Origin: a virus
DNA length: 64,000 nucleotides
Virus record (IMG/VR): IMGVR_UViG_3300034152_000556
Span: 32,001-96,000 of that record
Direction: 5' to 3' (one strand)
In this document: piece by piece, positions 29,875 through 40,046 of the stretch
How positions within the stretch are numbered: the stretch's first letter is position 1
How the letters are laid out: each line of letters opens with the position of its first letter
Program-made: the position numbers and the translations under genes
Notes under the pieces: generated by a model
Told to the model about the DNA's origin: nothing
Databases searched by the model: none
What the model saw: the letters and a program-made list of their open reading frames with translations, nothing else

Positions 29875-30302
29875 TGTGTATATTCAGCTTTTGCTGTCTC
29901 GCTTTCCCACACAGTTATCTTTTCTAGAACTAAAAGGTTTTGTGCGTCATCTTTTAGACTATCTATGATTCTGATTAGTCTTGTGAAGAAATATGATGCA
30001 AGGGCTTCAGCTGTCGGGTCAAATGGAAACAAATGTGCTCGACCGAATACATCTTCGTAATCTTCAACCAATTTTTTATCTTTCTCGTTTGCAAGAAATG
30101 AATGATCAAATTCTCCCATGAACTTCATAACTTCTTTCTTTAGCACACCAAAGTCAATAACCATATGGTCATCATTCAATTCATCACTTGAGACTGTGAT
30201 CTCAACTTTCATTGTGTGACCATGTATGAACTTGCAATAACCTTCATGCTTTGATAAGCGATGAGCAACGGGAAATTTCAATATTTTTGTTACTCGGTAC
30301 AT
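29871..30302 (-). CDS. queD: 6-carboxy-tetrahydropterin synthase / PTPS
   Basis: AHRL...C..IHGH, IDFG, DH, PTAE, VWES. Confidence 0.9.
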   Translation of the reverse strand: MYRVTKILKFPVAHRLSKHEGYCKFIHGHTMKVEITVSSDELNDDHMVIDFGVLKKEVMKFMGEFDHSFLANEKDKKLVEDYEDVFGRAHLFPFDPTAEALASYFFTRLIRIIDSLKDDAQNLLVLEKITVWESETAKAEYTQ

Positions 30303-30312
30303 ATTCCCTCCG

Positions 30313-31611
30313 TTAAATCACCTTATCATATTGTTCAATGATATAAGGTTCGATATTCTGTAAGATTTCATTTATCTGTTTTACCTCTTTTTCGATTTGC
30401 TTTGTATCTGTGCTCATTGTTAAAAGTTTTCGTATTTTATATTTTGAAAGCAACTCATTTATTCGTGGTTTGCTTAATTTTGTCTTTTTCGATATAAAGT
30501 CTACAGAATCAAATAAATTCATGTTCTTAGACATACAGTGCTGCAACGGCTCTCTCATTATCCCCAAACTTATCAGCTCTTTTCGAGCATCAATAAGCTC
30601 TTCTGCTTTTGCCAATAACATCTTTTCATTTGTGTCTTTGAACATTTCGTATGTGGCATCAAGCATTTCATCGATTGGTTTTGTTGTAACTCTATCCACA
30701 TCGATGACATTGTTTTCAAATGTGATAAAACCTCTTACAGCATTTTTAAGAATAGGTTCAAATTCTCTTAATATCTTATCTCGATTGCGATCTTTTAATA
30801 CTTGAAAAACAATCTCTGTTTGATCAGTTGATAGATCAGTGAAACCAATTGAATTTGAATCTAACTCTTTAGCAAAATTTTTCAATATTGTTTCAAACTT
30901 TTTACCGGGAGGCCAAGAATATAGAGTTATTCTATGTGTTCGATAATCAATATCAAATCTCCCCTCGACCTCAATTCTTGCTTTACCTTTTGTTAGCAAG
31001 TTTTCTAACTGACGCTTTTCAGACAAAATATTGCAGTCTGTTAAAGGTGCTATTGTTGGTTTTGTTTTTCTAAGACCTTTCAACCATTGTAATCTTCGGT
31101 ATAGGTCTTTCATCGAATAGCAAGGTATATAAGTTTTGTAGCCAAATCCAATACCTTGAGTATACTCTCGACCAATGAGACACATTGGTAGCATCACCGG
31201 TAGAGAGAATGGTTCTTTTTGTTCAAGTTCGTTTTCAAACCAATCAACGTATTTGACATACTTAAATGCAAAATCTATCATCTGTTTTGACAGTTTGATT
31301 TCAGTATATCTCATCGCTGCCGGTCCTACTGGCTCAACCCCAACATTGCAGCCAAAGTTTCCTTGACCTTCAAGAAATCCCTGACGTACTAGCTGAACAA
31401 TTGTGCCATAGATCGATCCGTGCGGATGGTAGTTACCAGTAACATGACCGTCTACTCTTGCTGATTTTATAAACCTTTCTCTCGCTATTTGATACGCCAC
31501 CAACAGAACTCGTCGTTCAACTGGCTTTAGACCGTCAGCAGAGAGTGGAAAACTTCGCCAGTTCGAGTATTGACCATATTCTTTATACAGCTTCGGTAAC
31601 AATCCGTCCAC
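30313..31611 (-). CDS. Type IIA topoisomerase A subunit (no CTD, gp52-like)
   Basis: DGLKPVERR, YHPHG, GQGNFG, AAMRYT (catalytic Tyr). Confidence 0.92.
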   Translation of the reverse strand: MDGLLPKLYKEYGQYSNWRSFPLSADGLKPVERRVLLVAYQIARERFIKSARVDGHVTGNYHPHGSIYGTIVQLVRQGFLEGQGNFGCNVGVEPVGPAAMRYTEIKLSKQMIDFAFKYVKYVDWFENELEQKEPFSLPVMLPMCLIGREYTQGIGFGYKTYIPCYSMKDLYRRLQWLKGLRKTKPTIAPLTDCNILSEKRQLENLLTKGKARIEVEGRFDIDYRTHRITLYSWPPGKKFETILKNFAKELDSNSIGFTDLSTDQTEIVFQVLKDRNRDKILREFEPILKNAVRGFITFENNVIDVDRVTTKPIDEMLDATYEMFKDTNEKMLLAKAEELIDARKELISLGIMREPLQHCMSKNMNLFDSVDFISKKTKLSKPRINELLSKYKIRKLLTMSTDTKQIEKEVKQINEILQNIEPYIIEQYDKVI

Positions 31612-31981
31612 TAGTTTTTCCTCCTATTATGGGGAATTCAGGTTTTGTGCCATGCTTTGTTGCTTTTTTCAAATCGTGACCTTGTTTGATCATAAGAGGG
31701 TCAAAGTATGGGCCACCATTCATGGTGCAGAACACTTTTCCATTGATAAAGAAATAGGTAAAGTCAGTTGCACCACTGTGATTGTAGGGCCAGAGCCATT
31801 CATATAATACTCCATACCTACTTTCTTTCAGATGTTCCTCAACGAGATGTTCATACATTCGCCAATTAATTTGAATTAGAATGTCTGTTGGCACTGATAC
31901 AGGATCGCCATATCTTGTTAGACTACCTATATAGTACGCACCTAGTCCGGTTCCAGTATAAAAATCTGCTCTTTCATCCAT
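31583..31981 (-). CDS. Hypothetical protein
   Basis: RADFY.G...G.P...W.WPY..S..TDF.Y pattern; operonic. Confidence 0.65.
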   Translation of the reverse strand: MDERADFYTGTGLGAYYIGSLTRYGDPVSVPTDILIQINWRMYEHLVEEHLKESRYGVLYEWLWPYNHSGATDFTYFFINGKVFCTMNGGPYFDPLMIKQGHDLKKATKHGTKPEFPIIGGKTSGRIVTEAV

Positions 31982-31984
31982 GTC

Positions 31985-32476
31985 TTACCTACAGTAAAGT
32001 TTAATGAAGGTTTGTATTGCTTGAATTTCGTTTTCGACCCATGTGTGAACTGTTTTCCACGGAAACGGATGCCGACAATTAAAATCATTCTCTGGGTCTG
32101 AATGAATACCCACCACAGGTTTCCACGGTGTCAGATAGTACCATGACAACTCGTAAATCGTTCCGAGCAGTGGCCTTTCTGGTGTCCAATGGTTGAAATT
32201 TGCAATACAAGCATTTGAATACATTACAAAACCACAATCTTGTGATGGCAATAAATCGCCACATTTGTCATTGATAGCATTGCTTGTAAATTCTTTTTCA
32301 TCTCCAGAAGACTCCAAAACACCTTTGCTGAAATTATTTCCGCATGGGTTAATTATTTCAAACTCATTTTGAATGTCTTGCGGTTGTTCTTTCAAATATA
32401 ATTCAATGTTTTCTCTCCATTGATATGAACGTGGGTCATTTGATATCTGACCGATCAGATATATCTTTCTCTTCAA
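31985..32476 (-). CDS. Nucleoside 2-deoxyribosyltransferase-like protein
   Basis: IYLIG, WRE, INP, GTIYEL, KPVV. Confidence 0.6.
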   Translation of the reverse strand: MKRKIYLIGQISNDPRSYQWRENIELYLKEQPQDIQNEFEIINPCGNNFSKGVLESSGDEKEFTSNAINDKCGDLLPSQDCGFVMYSNACIANFNHWTPERPLLGTIYELSWYYLTPWKPVVGIHSDPENDFNCRHPFPWKTVHTWVENEIQAIQTFIKLYCR

Positions 32477-32906
32477 ATTCCGAGTACCTCCTATCTTTTG
32501 TCACAGGCCAAAAGTATTCGACTCCTGGTTGTTCTTTCCACCCATACAATTTGTAAAACGCTGGGTTTTTGCTGAGCAAACTTGCTCGATGAGATGCATG
32601 TAATCTTTCATCACCTAACCAAGGAGGTATAATAATTTGTTTTACTGGCATCTCTTGCATGGTATTTTTATAACCACGCGATTTCCATAGTTGAATTGCT
32701 GTATTCATATAATGCTTTAGGGCGTTTTCATAACCTTCCCACATCAGTACAGCGGGGTGGTTTCCCCATGCTGCATATATGTTCATTTTTTTGCGTTCCA
32801 TGATACGTAAAATCTGAAACGCTTCAACGCGTTGCTTCCCTAACCTCTTATAATCCAAACAATCGAGGGCTTGCTCGAAATCAGGATACGGGAGAAATGT
32901 TTGCAT
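32436..32906 (-). CDS. Pyrimidine-dimer DNA glycosylase-like protein (MSMEG_6728 family)
   Basis: MQTFLPY...LDYKRLGKQRVE...HPAVLMW...PPWLG...SHR..L. Confidence 0.8.
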   Translation of the reverse strand: MQTFLPYPDFEQALDCLDYKRLGKQRVEAFQILRIMERKKMNIYAAWGNHPAVLMWEGYENALKHYMNTAIQLWKSRGYKNTMQEMPVKQIIIPPWLGDERLHASHRASLLSKNPAFYKLYGWKEQPGVEYFWPVTKDRRYSEFEEKDISDRSDIK

Positions 32907-33192
32907 GATGCTCTTCATCCTTTTTTTGTTTATATCGATAAGGAGGAATGTCGCCATTTTCTTCAATTTTTAAGTTCTCATATGGGTGCAGAACGCGTCT
33001 CTCAAGCTCGCCAGCAGCGTCCTTGAGAGCATTTACTGCGTCACTAATGGTCTGGTATGACTTTTTATTATTCGCCAGAAATTCGACCGCTAAGCGCGTC
33101 ACGCAGTAATTTAATTCCCCTTTATTAGATGGAATTACATGTATCAGATATTTATCGAATTTTTTTCGATCTTTCTGTTTGATATAGGGCAT
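32881..33192 (-). CDS. Conserved phage hypothetical protein
   Basis: MPYIKQ.DR...GELNY...RR...PYE..KI.ENGD. Confidence 0.7.
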   Translation of the reverse strand: MPYIKQKDRKKFDKYLIHVIPSNKGELNYCVTRLAVEFLANNKKSYQTISDAVNALKDAAGELERRVLHPYENLKIEENGDIPPYRYKQKKDEEHHANISPVS

Positions 33193-33377
33193 TATGTGCC
33201 TCCGATTAACTTACAACTTCTTGGTCTTTTACCTTTATGTGGTAATAGAATTTTCTTAACTTTTGGTTTGTCTTTGCATTTTGAATTCCAATTACAAGTG
33301 AAGTCGTTGTTGTCATCGATTTCTAGATCGTCACACGATGGACAATCAATGGTTAAAACTTTCTTTCTTACTCCCAT
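33192..33377 (-). CDS. Small Cys-rich protein
   Basis: CPSC...C...C; operonic. Confidence 0.55.
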   Translation of the reverse strand: MGVRKKVLTIDCPSCDDLEIDDNNDFTCNWNSKCKDKPKVKKILLPHKGKRPRSCKLIGGT

Positions 33378-33703
33378 ACAATTTCCTCAATCTTAATGGA
33401 ATCTGCAAGAAATACATTCTTGCGACTTTGCATTTTGGGCCATACATCTTTGGCTTTGCACCTAACAATCTTTTTATTATGTTTGTGCTTAAATATTTTC
33501 AAATAATCTATACATTCTTCAAGCGTTGGTAAAATATGCCAACCAGACATGTAATGATTTACGCTCGAACCGTCTCGAACCAATTTATATTCTGATTTTA
33601 ACCACTCACCAACACTTAGTACACGGCTTCCATTAACCCCATGAAATAATGTTTTTATATTACCTTTATCATCAGCTTCAACGATTTTAAACCAATTGCG
33701 CAT
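33368..33703 (-). CDS. Hypothetical protein
   Basis: TLFHG..GSR...SGWH pattern; operonic. Confidence 0.65.
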   Translation of the reverse strand: MRNWFKIVEADDKGNIKTLFHGVNGSRVLSVGEWLKSEYKLVRDGSSVNHYMSGWHILPTLEECIDYLKIFKHKHNKKIVRCKAKDVWPKMQSRKNVFLADSIKIEEIVWE

Positions 33704-33715
33704 CGGCTGTCCTCT

Positions 33716-34297
33716 CTAATGAATATGAAACCATAAATCATTCGGTGGGTTATCCCAGCATATCTTGCATATCGAACAATCATTTTTACATTCGACAGCG
33801 GTTGTGGGGATGCGCTTTTCAGTACCATCTTGTACCCAAGCTCTAGCTCCTGCTGGTGCTGTGTCTTCACAACCAGGCCACATAGACCAGCCTATAATAA
33901 GGTTATCTGGTTTTCCTCGATAATCCAAATCCCATCTCTTTGTAAATGCTCTGAATTTAGTTTCTGGGCAAGCTCTGGCTATTTCAATCCATCCATCCAA
34001 ATGATTCTGGTTTATAAAGTCGCCAGCAACATTAATGCGAAAATACCTATATGGCACTCGTTTGTTTTTGAGCTGACGTATGATAGAATTTGCTGCCTGC
34101 ATAGGGCTATGTTTCCATATGGTAGAGTTATGTGTCCAAGCTTTTCTTACATTCGGGTATTGTATCCATGCTTTTAAAGCATAGCACTGACCCGTACAAG
34201 GTGCGTCCTTCTTACAGTCAGCTACAGGAACCACAGAAGTGTTAGGAATTCTTCCCAGTTTTGTGTTTCCCGTGCTGAGTTTTATGGTTTGTTTCAA
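33716..34297 (-). CDS. Gp88-like (degenerate radical-SAM-like) protein
   Basis: GNTKLG, C...C...CYA, FRINVAGDF, FTK, C-terminal C..C..C..C. Confidence 0.65.
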   Translation of the reverse strand: MKQTIKLSTGNTKLGRIPNTSVVPVADCKKDAPCTGQCYALKAWIQYPNVRKAWTHNSTIWKHSPMQAANSIIRQLKNKRVPYRYFRINVAGDFINQNHLDGWIEIARACPETKFRAFTKRWDLDYRGKPDNLIIGWSMWPGCEDTAPAGARAWVQDGTEKRIPTTAVECKNDCSICKICWDNPPNDLWFHIH

Positions 34298-36092
34298 AGT
34301 TATCCTCCAACAGGGTTCTTTTCGCCTCTACATCTGAGAATAATTTAGAAATATGATCGATGTCTGTTGTATATGACACCGGTATTAGATTTCGGGTCTT
34401 TTCATTAAGCAAACAGATTTTCATTTGAGCGGGGGTCAGTTCACCTAACCCTTTGAAACGACTGATAGTTCTTTTGTTCTTTCTTGCTTGTTGTAGCTCT
34501 TTCTCATTCCACAAAGGTATAAACTTTTTGCCTTCGTTTATTGCAAATAATGGTGTTTGAGCAATATAATAATGACCTTCTTTAATAAGGTCTGGTAATA
34601 ATACAGCTATTACCATTGTGAGCAAACAAGCAATGTGAGCGCCGTCATAATCAGCATCAGTTGTACATACGATCTTTGAATATCGAAGTTTTCTTATATC
34701 AAAGTGTGGCCCAATCCCTGTACCAATTGCCCTAACCAACTCACCAACCTCTTTGTTTTTCAGTATGTCTTTTTTCGACACCACGTTTGGTATCGATTTA
34801 CCTTTGAGTGGTAAGATTGCGTGTATTTTTGGGTCACGAGATTGAATGATGCTACCACCAGCCGAATCACCTTCAACTATAAATAGTTCTCCGCTTCTAT
34901 TTGTACAGTCACGTAACTTTGTAAATTGTGTTGAGAGACGCTTGCCTTTTGTACCGTCTTTCGTTAAATTTTTTGAATCGAGTTTCTTTCGATAGTTATC
35001 GAAGCGTTTCAAATATTCATCAATGACTTCAGTGTGGTGTTCATATATAGAGTCAAGTTGATTTCTGAAGACTTTTATAAATTTATCAAAATATGTTTTT
35101 CTATTCGTAAGTCTTTCTTTGGTTTGACCAGCAAACTTCGGTTCTTTCAAGTTCAACATGAGATATGCTCTTAAACCAACTAAACAATCATTTGGTCTAA
35201 ACTTATAACCAAACTTTTTAGCTTTGGCTGCAAAGAAGTCTTTAAGCACATCATGAAATGCGTTCACATGAGTTCCACCACCACCAACAGGTAACAAATT
35301 AATTGATGAAAACACCTTTGGTGTGTTTGGCCCATTCTCTTCAAATGTGAACATCACAGAAAAGTCTTCTGGCTTTTTCTCAGCTTTCAAGTTGAAGATT
35401 ACAGTTTCTTCATCTGTTGTTAAACAGTTCTCTTTGAAATGTTCACCAAGAGATAGATTAATGACTTCTTTATGATAATCTCCGTTTTCAACGTTCAGAA
35501 CAAACTTAACTTTTGGCATCTGCGCTGAAGCCGTGGTCAAACGTCTTCTTATACGATCAATATCTGGTACCAATGTTTCAAATATTTTCTTACTTGGTTT
35601 GAATTCTATCTTTGTTGCAAATGGTCGATCACCAGAAGATTTGGTAATCTTTTTTCTAACGAGTTTGGTGTCTTTAAAATGACATGTTGCGTATTGACCA
35701 TTTCTATATATTTCAACATTATAGAATTCGCTCAACGCGTTTACAGCCACGAGACCAACTCCATGAAGACCAGAGCTGATCTCGTAAGCTGTCTTTTTGT
35801 CTTGAAACTTTGCACCAGAAAATAACTTAGATGATACAGTTATTGGTGTGTCGTTTTCAATGGGTATGCCACGACCATTATCAATAACCGCAAATGTAGC
35901 ATTTGGGATATCAATGTTAACTGCAATGATACTAGCATACCCAGCCAACGCCTCATCGAGTGCATTATCTAAAGCTTCTTCGATTAAGTGTGCTGGATTA
36001 CTTGTATCTCCAATATACATTGACGGGTTAAGACGTATATGTTCGACCTCGTTAAGAACACGAACGTCTTTGGCATCATATGTTTTTGCCAT
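34242..36092 (-). CDS. Type IIA topoisomerase B subunit (GHKL + TOPRIM)
   Basis: EALDNALDE, DNGRGIP, GLHGVG, VEGDSAGG, PLKGK, TDADYDG, RFKGLGE. Confidence 0.93.
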   Translation of the reverse strand: MAKTYDAKDVRVLNEVEHIRLNPSMYIGDTSNPAHLIEEALDNALDEALAGYASIIAVNIDIPNATFAVIDNGRGIPIENDTPITVSSKLFSGAKFQDKKTAYEISSGLHGVGLVAVNALSEFYNVEIYRNGQYATCHFKDTKLVRKKITKSSGDRPFATKIEFKPSKKIFETLVPDIDRIRRRLTTASAQMPKVKFVLNVENGDYHKEVINLSLGEHFKENCLTTDEETVIFNLKAEKKPEDFSVMFTFEENGPNTPKVFSSINLLPVGGGGTHVNAFHDVLKDFFAAKAKKFGYKFRPNDCLVGLRAYLMLNLKEPKFAGQTKERLTNRKTYFDKFIKVFRNQLDSIYEHHTEVIDEYLKRFDNYRKKLDSKNLTKDGTKGKRLSTQFTKLRDCTNRSGELFIVEGDSAGGSIIQSRDPKIHAILPLKGKSIPNVVSKKDILKNKEVGELVRAIGTGIGPHFDIRKLRYSKIVCTTDADYDGAHIACLLTMVIAVLLPDLIKEGHYYIAQTPLFAINEGKKFIPLWNEKELQQARKNKRTISRFKGLGELTPAQMKICLLNEKTRNLIPVSYTTDIDHISKLFSDVEAKRTLLEDNFETNHKTQHGKHKTGKNS

Positions 36093-36264
36093 CGTCTCCT
36101 CCGCCTTTTTCATTTTCTTCGTACCGGTAATATTCCGGTAACACTACTAGGCTCCAAAACACTAAAAAAATGCTTATTCCAAGCATTATCCACGAACTCC
36201 ATTTGCCAGCAAAGGGTATCATAATCCCTGAAATGACTAATAACACTTTCTGTTCTTTTTTCAT
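36076..36264 (-). CDS. Small membrane protein
   Basis: Likely start MKKEQKV, ATGA-coupled; two hydrophobic segments. Confidence 0.5.
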   Translation of the reverse strand: MKKEQKVLLVISGIMIPFAGKWSSWIMLGISIFLVFWSLVVLPEYYRYEENEKGGGDDGKNI

Positions 36265-37526
36265 ACATGTACAACATACCCTGTTTTGTTTACCATATCT
36301 GCTGAGCCAGAGACGACCCAAATGATTTTCTTGGGCATCTTTTTTCTGGGGTGTGCATTGATGTCTTCGCAACCACCATCCGTGAAGAATAAGGTTACAT
36401 CAGGGTTGCCTTTTTTAGATTCTTCAAGCGCTGGAAAAAGCACGGTTCCACCACCGCCTTTCGGCTTGAAGTTGATGTCTTTAACTTTCTTACAGTCATA
36501 AACATTATTAACTTCTGCATCACATTCAATTACTCGTGTTTTTGTGTAACGATCTTTCTCGATAATATGTTTTATACCAGACAGACCTTCACGAACTTCT
36601 TCTGGTGTCATACTACCAGATGTATCAATACACACATCAATTTTGAATGTGAAGTCTCTAGATTTACCGGGAAATGGTGAAATGAGCGGTAAGTTTTCAA
36701 TCGGTGTACATGTGAAAGCATACATTCTTTTACGATTGATTCTTACGTGTGCTCTTTTCCATTTTGCATATCTTGTTCCTTTTACAAGCTTTTTTATCAA
36801 TTGATAGTATGGCACTTTCGGCGGCCCGAGTGCTTCCTCAATCAATCTTGCAATATGAGCTGGTAAGTTACCTCGGTCTTTATTGAATCTTTTGACAGAC
36901 TCTTTAACAAGAGATTTGATGTGGCTGTCAACCTTTCTTGCTAAAGAACTGGTGTCTGAAACACCAGCTGTATTTTTCCAGCCTTCGTGACTATCAAAAC
37001 CACCATCTAAAGGTATTGGAACTTTCTTTGCTTTTTTCAGAAGTTCCCAATAATACCATTCTGTCACTTTTTCCGGTGGTAGCTCATATTGTTCTGGAAG
37101 TTGTGGGGGCCATTCTTTACCATTTATCATTAATGGGTTCTTTAATCCTATTTGTTGATTCACGGCGCAATCAGCGGCAATGTTAAATATGTCAATACGA
37201 CTTTGTGTTTCTAGAGGGTGTCTACCTATAGATTCGTTTGCAATGATTCTTATACATCTTGGCAAATGCTTATTAAGCAAATGCATACCTTCATGCTCGA
37301 TTACTTTAATGAGATTGTTATCATCAGTTCCCGCCACCAATGTTGGTTCGTAACATAATGTGATAGACCCATCAGAAGGTTCTACTTGAACACCCATAAT
37401 TGATTTGTAGCCGGGAACCGCTCTACGTCTTACTTGGGAGAATAAGTACCCCCAATAATTGTATTTCAACACAAATCGAGCAACGAGCTTTTTTATTCTT
37501 TCTGGGTCATGCAGTGGCGTTATCAT
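36261..37526 (-). CDS. HEXXH metallopeptidase-like + vWA protein (DUF2201-like)
   Basis: HEGMH, NIAADCAVN, DTSGSM, GGGGT, FTDG. Confidence 0.85.
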   Translation of the reverse strand: MITPLHDPERIKKLVARFVLKYNYWGYLFSQVRRRAVPGYKSIMGVQVEPSDGSITLCYEPTLVAGTDDNNLIKVIEHEGMHLLNKHLPRCIRIIANESIGRHPLETQSRIDIFNIAADCAVNQQIGLKNPLMINGKEWPPQLPEQYELPPEKVTEWYYWELLKKAKKVPIPLDGGFDSHEGWKNTAGVSDTSSLARKVDSHIKSLVKESVKRFNKDRGNLPAHIARLIEEALGPPKVPYYQLIKKLVKGTRYAKWKRAHVRINRKRMYAFTCTPIENLPLISPFPGKSRDFTFKIDVCIDTSGSMTPEEVREGLSGIKHIIEKDRYTKTRVIECDAEVNNVYDCKKVKDINFKPKGGGGTVLFPALEESKKGNPDVTLFFTDGGCEDINAHPRKKMPKKIIWVVSGSADMVNKTGYVVHV

Positions 37527-38755
37527 CTATTTCTTCCTACAGCAACAAGTGGCTCATAGAACAATTTTTTCCACTTGTCAGATTTCTTCATCATGATAAC
37601 GTGAATGTCAGTCATATACTTGAACTCTTCTGATGTTCGTGAGTATCCATCGATCATGGTCACGAACAAGGCCGTTGTATCAACAGGCATCATCAGCATA
37701 AAGTCTTCAATGTTTTTAAGATGACGATCTTCATATTTTGGTCTGGAAGTCAACATGAACATTGTAAACCCTGTCATCAGCTGAGCTACTCTGTCCATTT
37801 CTTTCGCTTTCAGAATTGCTTCGATCTTTGGTTTGACCTCATCAAATTTATAGAACACATCTTTTGGATTGATGTCTTTTTTATCTTTTGCGAATGAGAT
37901 AAACATTCTTGTCATATGAGTGTTGATGAGACCAGCAGCGATTGTTTCAATGTCGTCAAAATGATTTTCAACACCGCCATTCGCTTCGAATTTTTTCAAA
38001 TGATCAGACAGCTTTTCATAACTGGCTGGGTTGGCAAATACAGAACCAACTCGTTGAGCATCGAAGTCATAGATATATTCTGGGTGTGTTTGAATAAACT
38101 CAACAACAAATGGGTGAAAGTTTTGCTCTACGGCATACTTTAAGAAGTCTAGAGCACTCACTTCAGTAAAGATATGCAAATGACGACGAAGACCAGCAGC
38201 GTCTTCCATTGTATCCATCTGATACTCTGCATCATCTGGATTGTCAGTTGATACAACAAACCAACCTTCAGGAAATGCATAGTTGTGAACGGCATATTCA
38301 TTCTGAACTTGCCAAAGCAATTGCTGAAGATTGTGATCTGCTCTTGAAAATTCGTCAATGACAAAGAGACCATACTTTGAATCTCTTCGGGGTACAAAGT
38401 CCGAATAGAGCATATTGAATCGACCTGTCATTTGAAACTTATCGGTTAGAACTGGGTAAGGTGTTAGAAAATCATCTCTGGATAGAACCGGACCTTTGAT
38501 CATGATCATTTCAAATGGCAATTTTAACTCTTCTGCAAGTTCAGCCGTTAGTTGCCCACATATTTGTGTTTTACCAACACCAGCAGGTCCGATGATGTGG
38601 AAAGCCTGTCGCTGCACAGGAATTCGCTTTTGCCAAGCATTAATCGTATTTCGGAAGTCTGTTTTGATTAACTCTTTAATCTTTCCTATTGAAAGTGTGG
38701 GTATGTCAAGTCTTTCATGGTATTTTAATTCTTCTTGTTTTGTTCCTTCGGTCAT
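37523..38755 (-). CDS. MoxR-like AAA+ ATPase
   Basis: GPAGVGKT, IDEFSR, NP; partner of the adjacent vWA gene. Likely start MTEGT. Confidence 0.85.
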   Translation of the reverse strand: MTEGTKQEELKYHERLDIPTLSIGKIKELIKTDFRNTINAWQKRIPVQRQAFHIIGPAGVGKTQICGQLTAELAEELKLPFEMIMIKGPVLSRDDFLTPYPVLTDKFQMTGRFNMLYSDFVPRRDSKYGLFVIDEFSRADHNLQQLLWQVQNEYAVHNYAFPEGWFVVSTDNPDDAEYQMDTMEDAAGLRRHLHIFTEVSALDFLKYAVEQNFHPFVVEFIQTHPEYIYDFDAQRVGSVFANPASYEKLSDHLKKFEANGGVENHFDDIETIAAGLINTHMTRMFISFAKDKKDINPKDVFYKFDEVKPKIEAILKAKEMDRVAQLMTGFTMFMLTSRPKYEDRHLKNIEDFMLMMPVDTTALFVTMIDGYSRTSEEFKYMTDIHVIMMKKSDKWKKLFYEPLVAVGRNR

Positions 38756-38780
38756 TGAAACTCTCCTGGTAAATTGGTTG

Positions 38781-38805
38781 AGGCTCGGGTTTCCCACCCG
38801 AGCCT
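38781..38805 (-). terminator. Hairpin downstream of the SSB-like gene
   Basis: AGGCTCGGGT/ACCCGAGCCT perfect 10-bp stem; weak U-tract. Confidence 0.55.
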
Positions 38806-38831
38806 TTCCGATTACGAGAACATCTTTAACA

Positions 38832-39797
38832 TTAGTCAAAACTTACGTCATCAAAACTGAAAGGTTTCGATTCGGGTTTTTGTGCAGGAGGCTCTTTCTT
38901 TGCTTCTTGTTGTGGTTCTGGATCGTCTTTCTTTTTCATATCGCTACCGTCTGCTGGTAGCATACCTTCTGTTCTTTTATCATCTCCGTAACCGCTTGTT
39001 GCTTGTTTTCTTTGAGACCAATCGAATTTTTCATTGAATTTGGAAAGAGTCTTTTTAGAAACTTGAAGAACATCTTTCACGAAGTCTGTACTTAACTCAT
39101 TTCCCCTTGTCATAATGAAAACTTTCTTTGGTCCGAATTGTGAGCCTTCTTCACCAATTGTTATATTTGTAACAAATCTCTTGTTATTTACAACTTTCTT
39201 TTCAAACTCAAGGGATTGTTCTGTGGGTGGTGTGAATATTGGATCTAACTCAAGTCGATACATCTCACCAAGATAATCAGACACATTTTTATATTTCATG
39301 CCTTTTCCACGAATAAATACAAAGAGTGGTTTTCTTTCTTCGGTGAGGATGGGGTTACCGGCTTTGTCACAATAAATACCAGCAACCAGCAAGTGATTAC
39401 GACAGGGAGAACAGAAATCGTTTGCTGCACGTTCTACGGAGTTTGCGGGGCATTCTCTTTGTTTGCCACTATCCAGTTTTGTTGTTCCGTAGAATGGGGG
39501 CGAACCGGCCTTGTAAGAAAAGCATTCGATGCTCTCTCTCTGTCCTTTTGCTGCTGGTTTGACTTTTACATTGACATCTTTAACGTGAATAATGATCATA
39601 TTCACTTGTTGAAGATTGTACTCGACGCCACGAATCTGAAGGTTTCCAGCTTGCTCTTGTACGCCAGCCTGATTTGTTCGTGTTATACCAGCAATATAGA
39701 CGCTGTGAAAAAACTCATCTTCTGGTGACATCGGTTCTGGTGCTGAGTGGCTGGTCTGTGCAAGATCAGCATACTCATCAAGGTTAAAATCATTCAT
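38832..39797 (-). CDS. Putative ssDNA-binding/annealing protein
   Basis: Beta-rich core with Cys residues, low-complexity linker, acidic-aromatic tail FSFDDVSFD. Confidence 0.45.
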   Translation of the reverse strand: MNDFNLDEYADLAQTSHSAPEPMSPEDEFFHSVYIAGITRTNQAGVQEQAGNLQIRGVEYNLQQVNMIIIHVKDVNVKVKPAAKGQRESIECFSYKAGSPPFYGTTKLDSGKQRECPANSVERAANDFCSPCRNHLLVAGIYCDKAGNPILTEERKPLFVFIRGKGMKYKNVSDYLGEMYRLELDPIFTPPTEQSLEFEKKVVNNKRFVTNITIGEEGSQFGPKKVFIMTRGNELSTDFVKDVLQVSKKTLSKFNEKFDWSQRKQATSGYGDDKRTEGMLPADGSDMKKKDDPEPQQEAKKEPPAQKPESKPFSFDDVSFD

Positions 39798-39812
39798 AAA
39801 TACTCTTGCCTC

Positions 39813-40046
39813 CTAATGATATATTAGCATGTAATAAAACACGCCACCAGCAATAGCTGCTATACCAATATATTCTAAAAATGCGGGTATAGCATCTAAT
39901 GTGGCATTTGCAAAATCTAGTAACTTAATAGTATTTGAAATAAATGCATCTCTCTCATAGCAATCTTCTGAGCATGAGGGTTGTAATAAACATCTTCGGC
40001 ATGGATTTCTAAATGCCTTTCTTATCGATTTGAAATAAGACACCAA
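39813..40046 (-). CDS. Small Cys-motif membrane protein
   Basis: PCRRCLLQPSCSEDC plus a C-terminal TM segment. Confidence 0.55.
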   Translation of the reverse strand: MVSYFKSIRKAFRNPCRRCLLQPSCSEDCYERDAFISNTIKLLDFANATLDAIPAFLEYIGIAAIAGGVFYYMLIYH

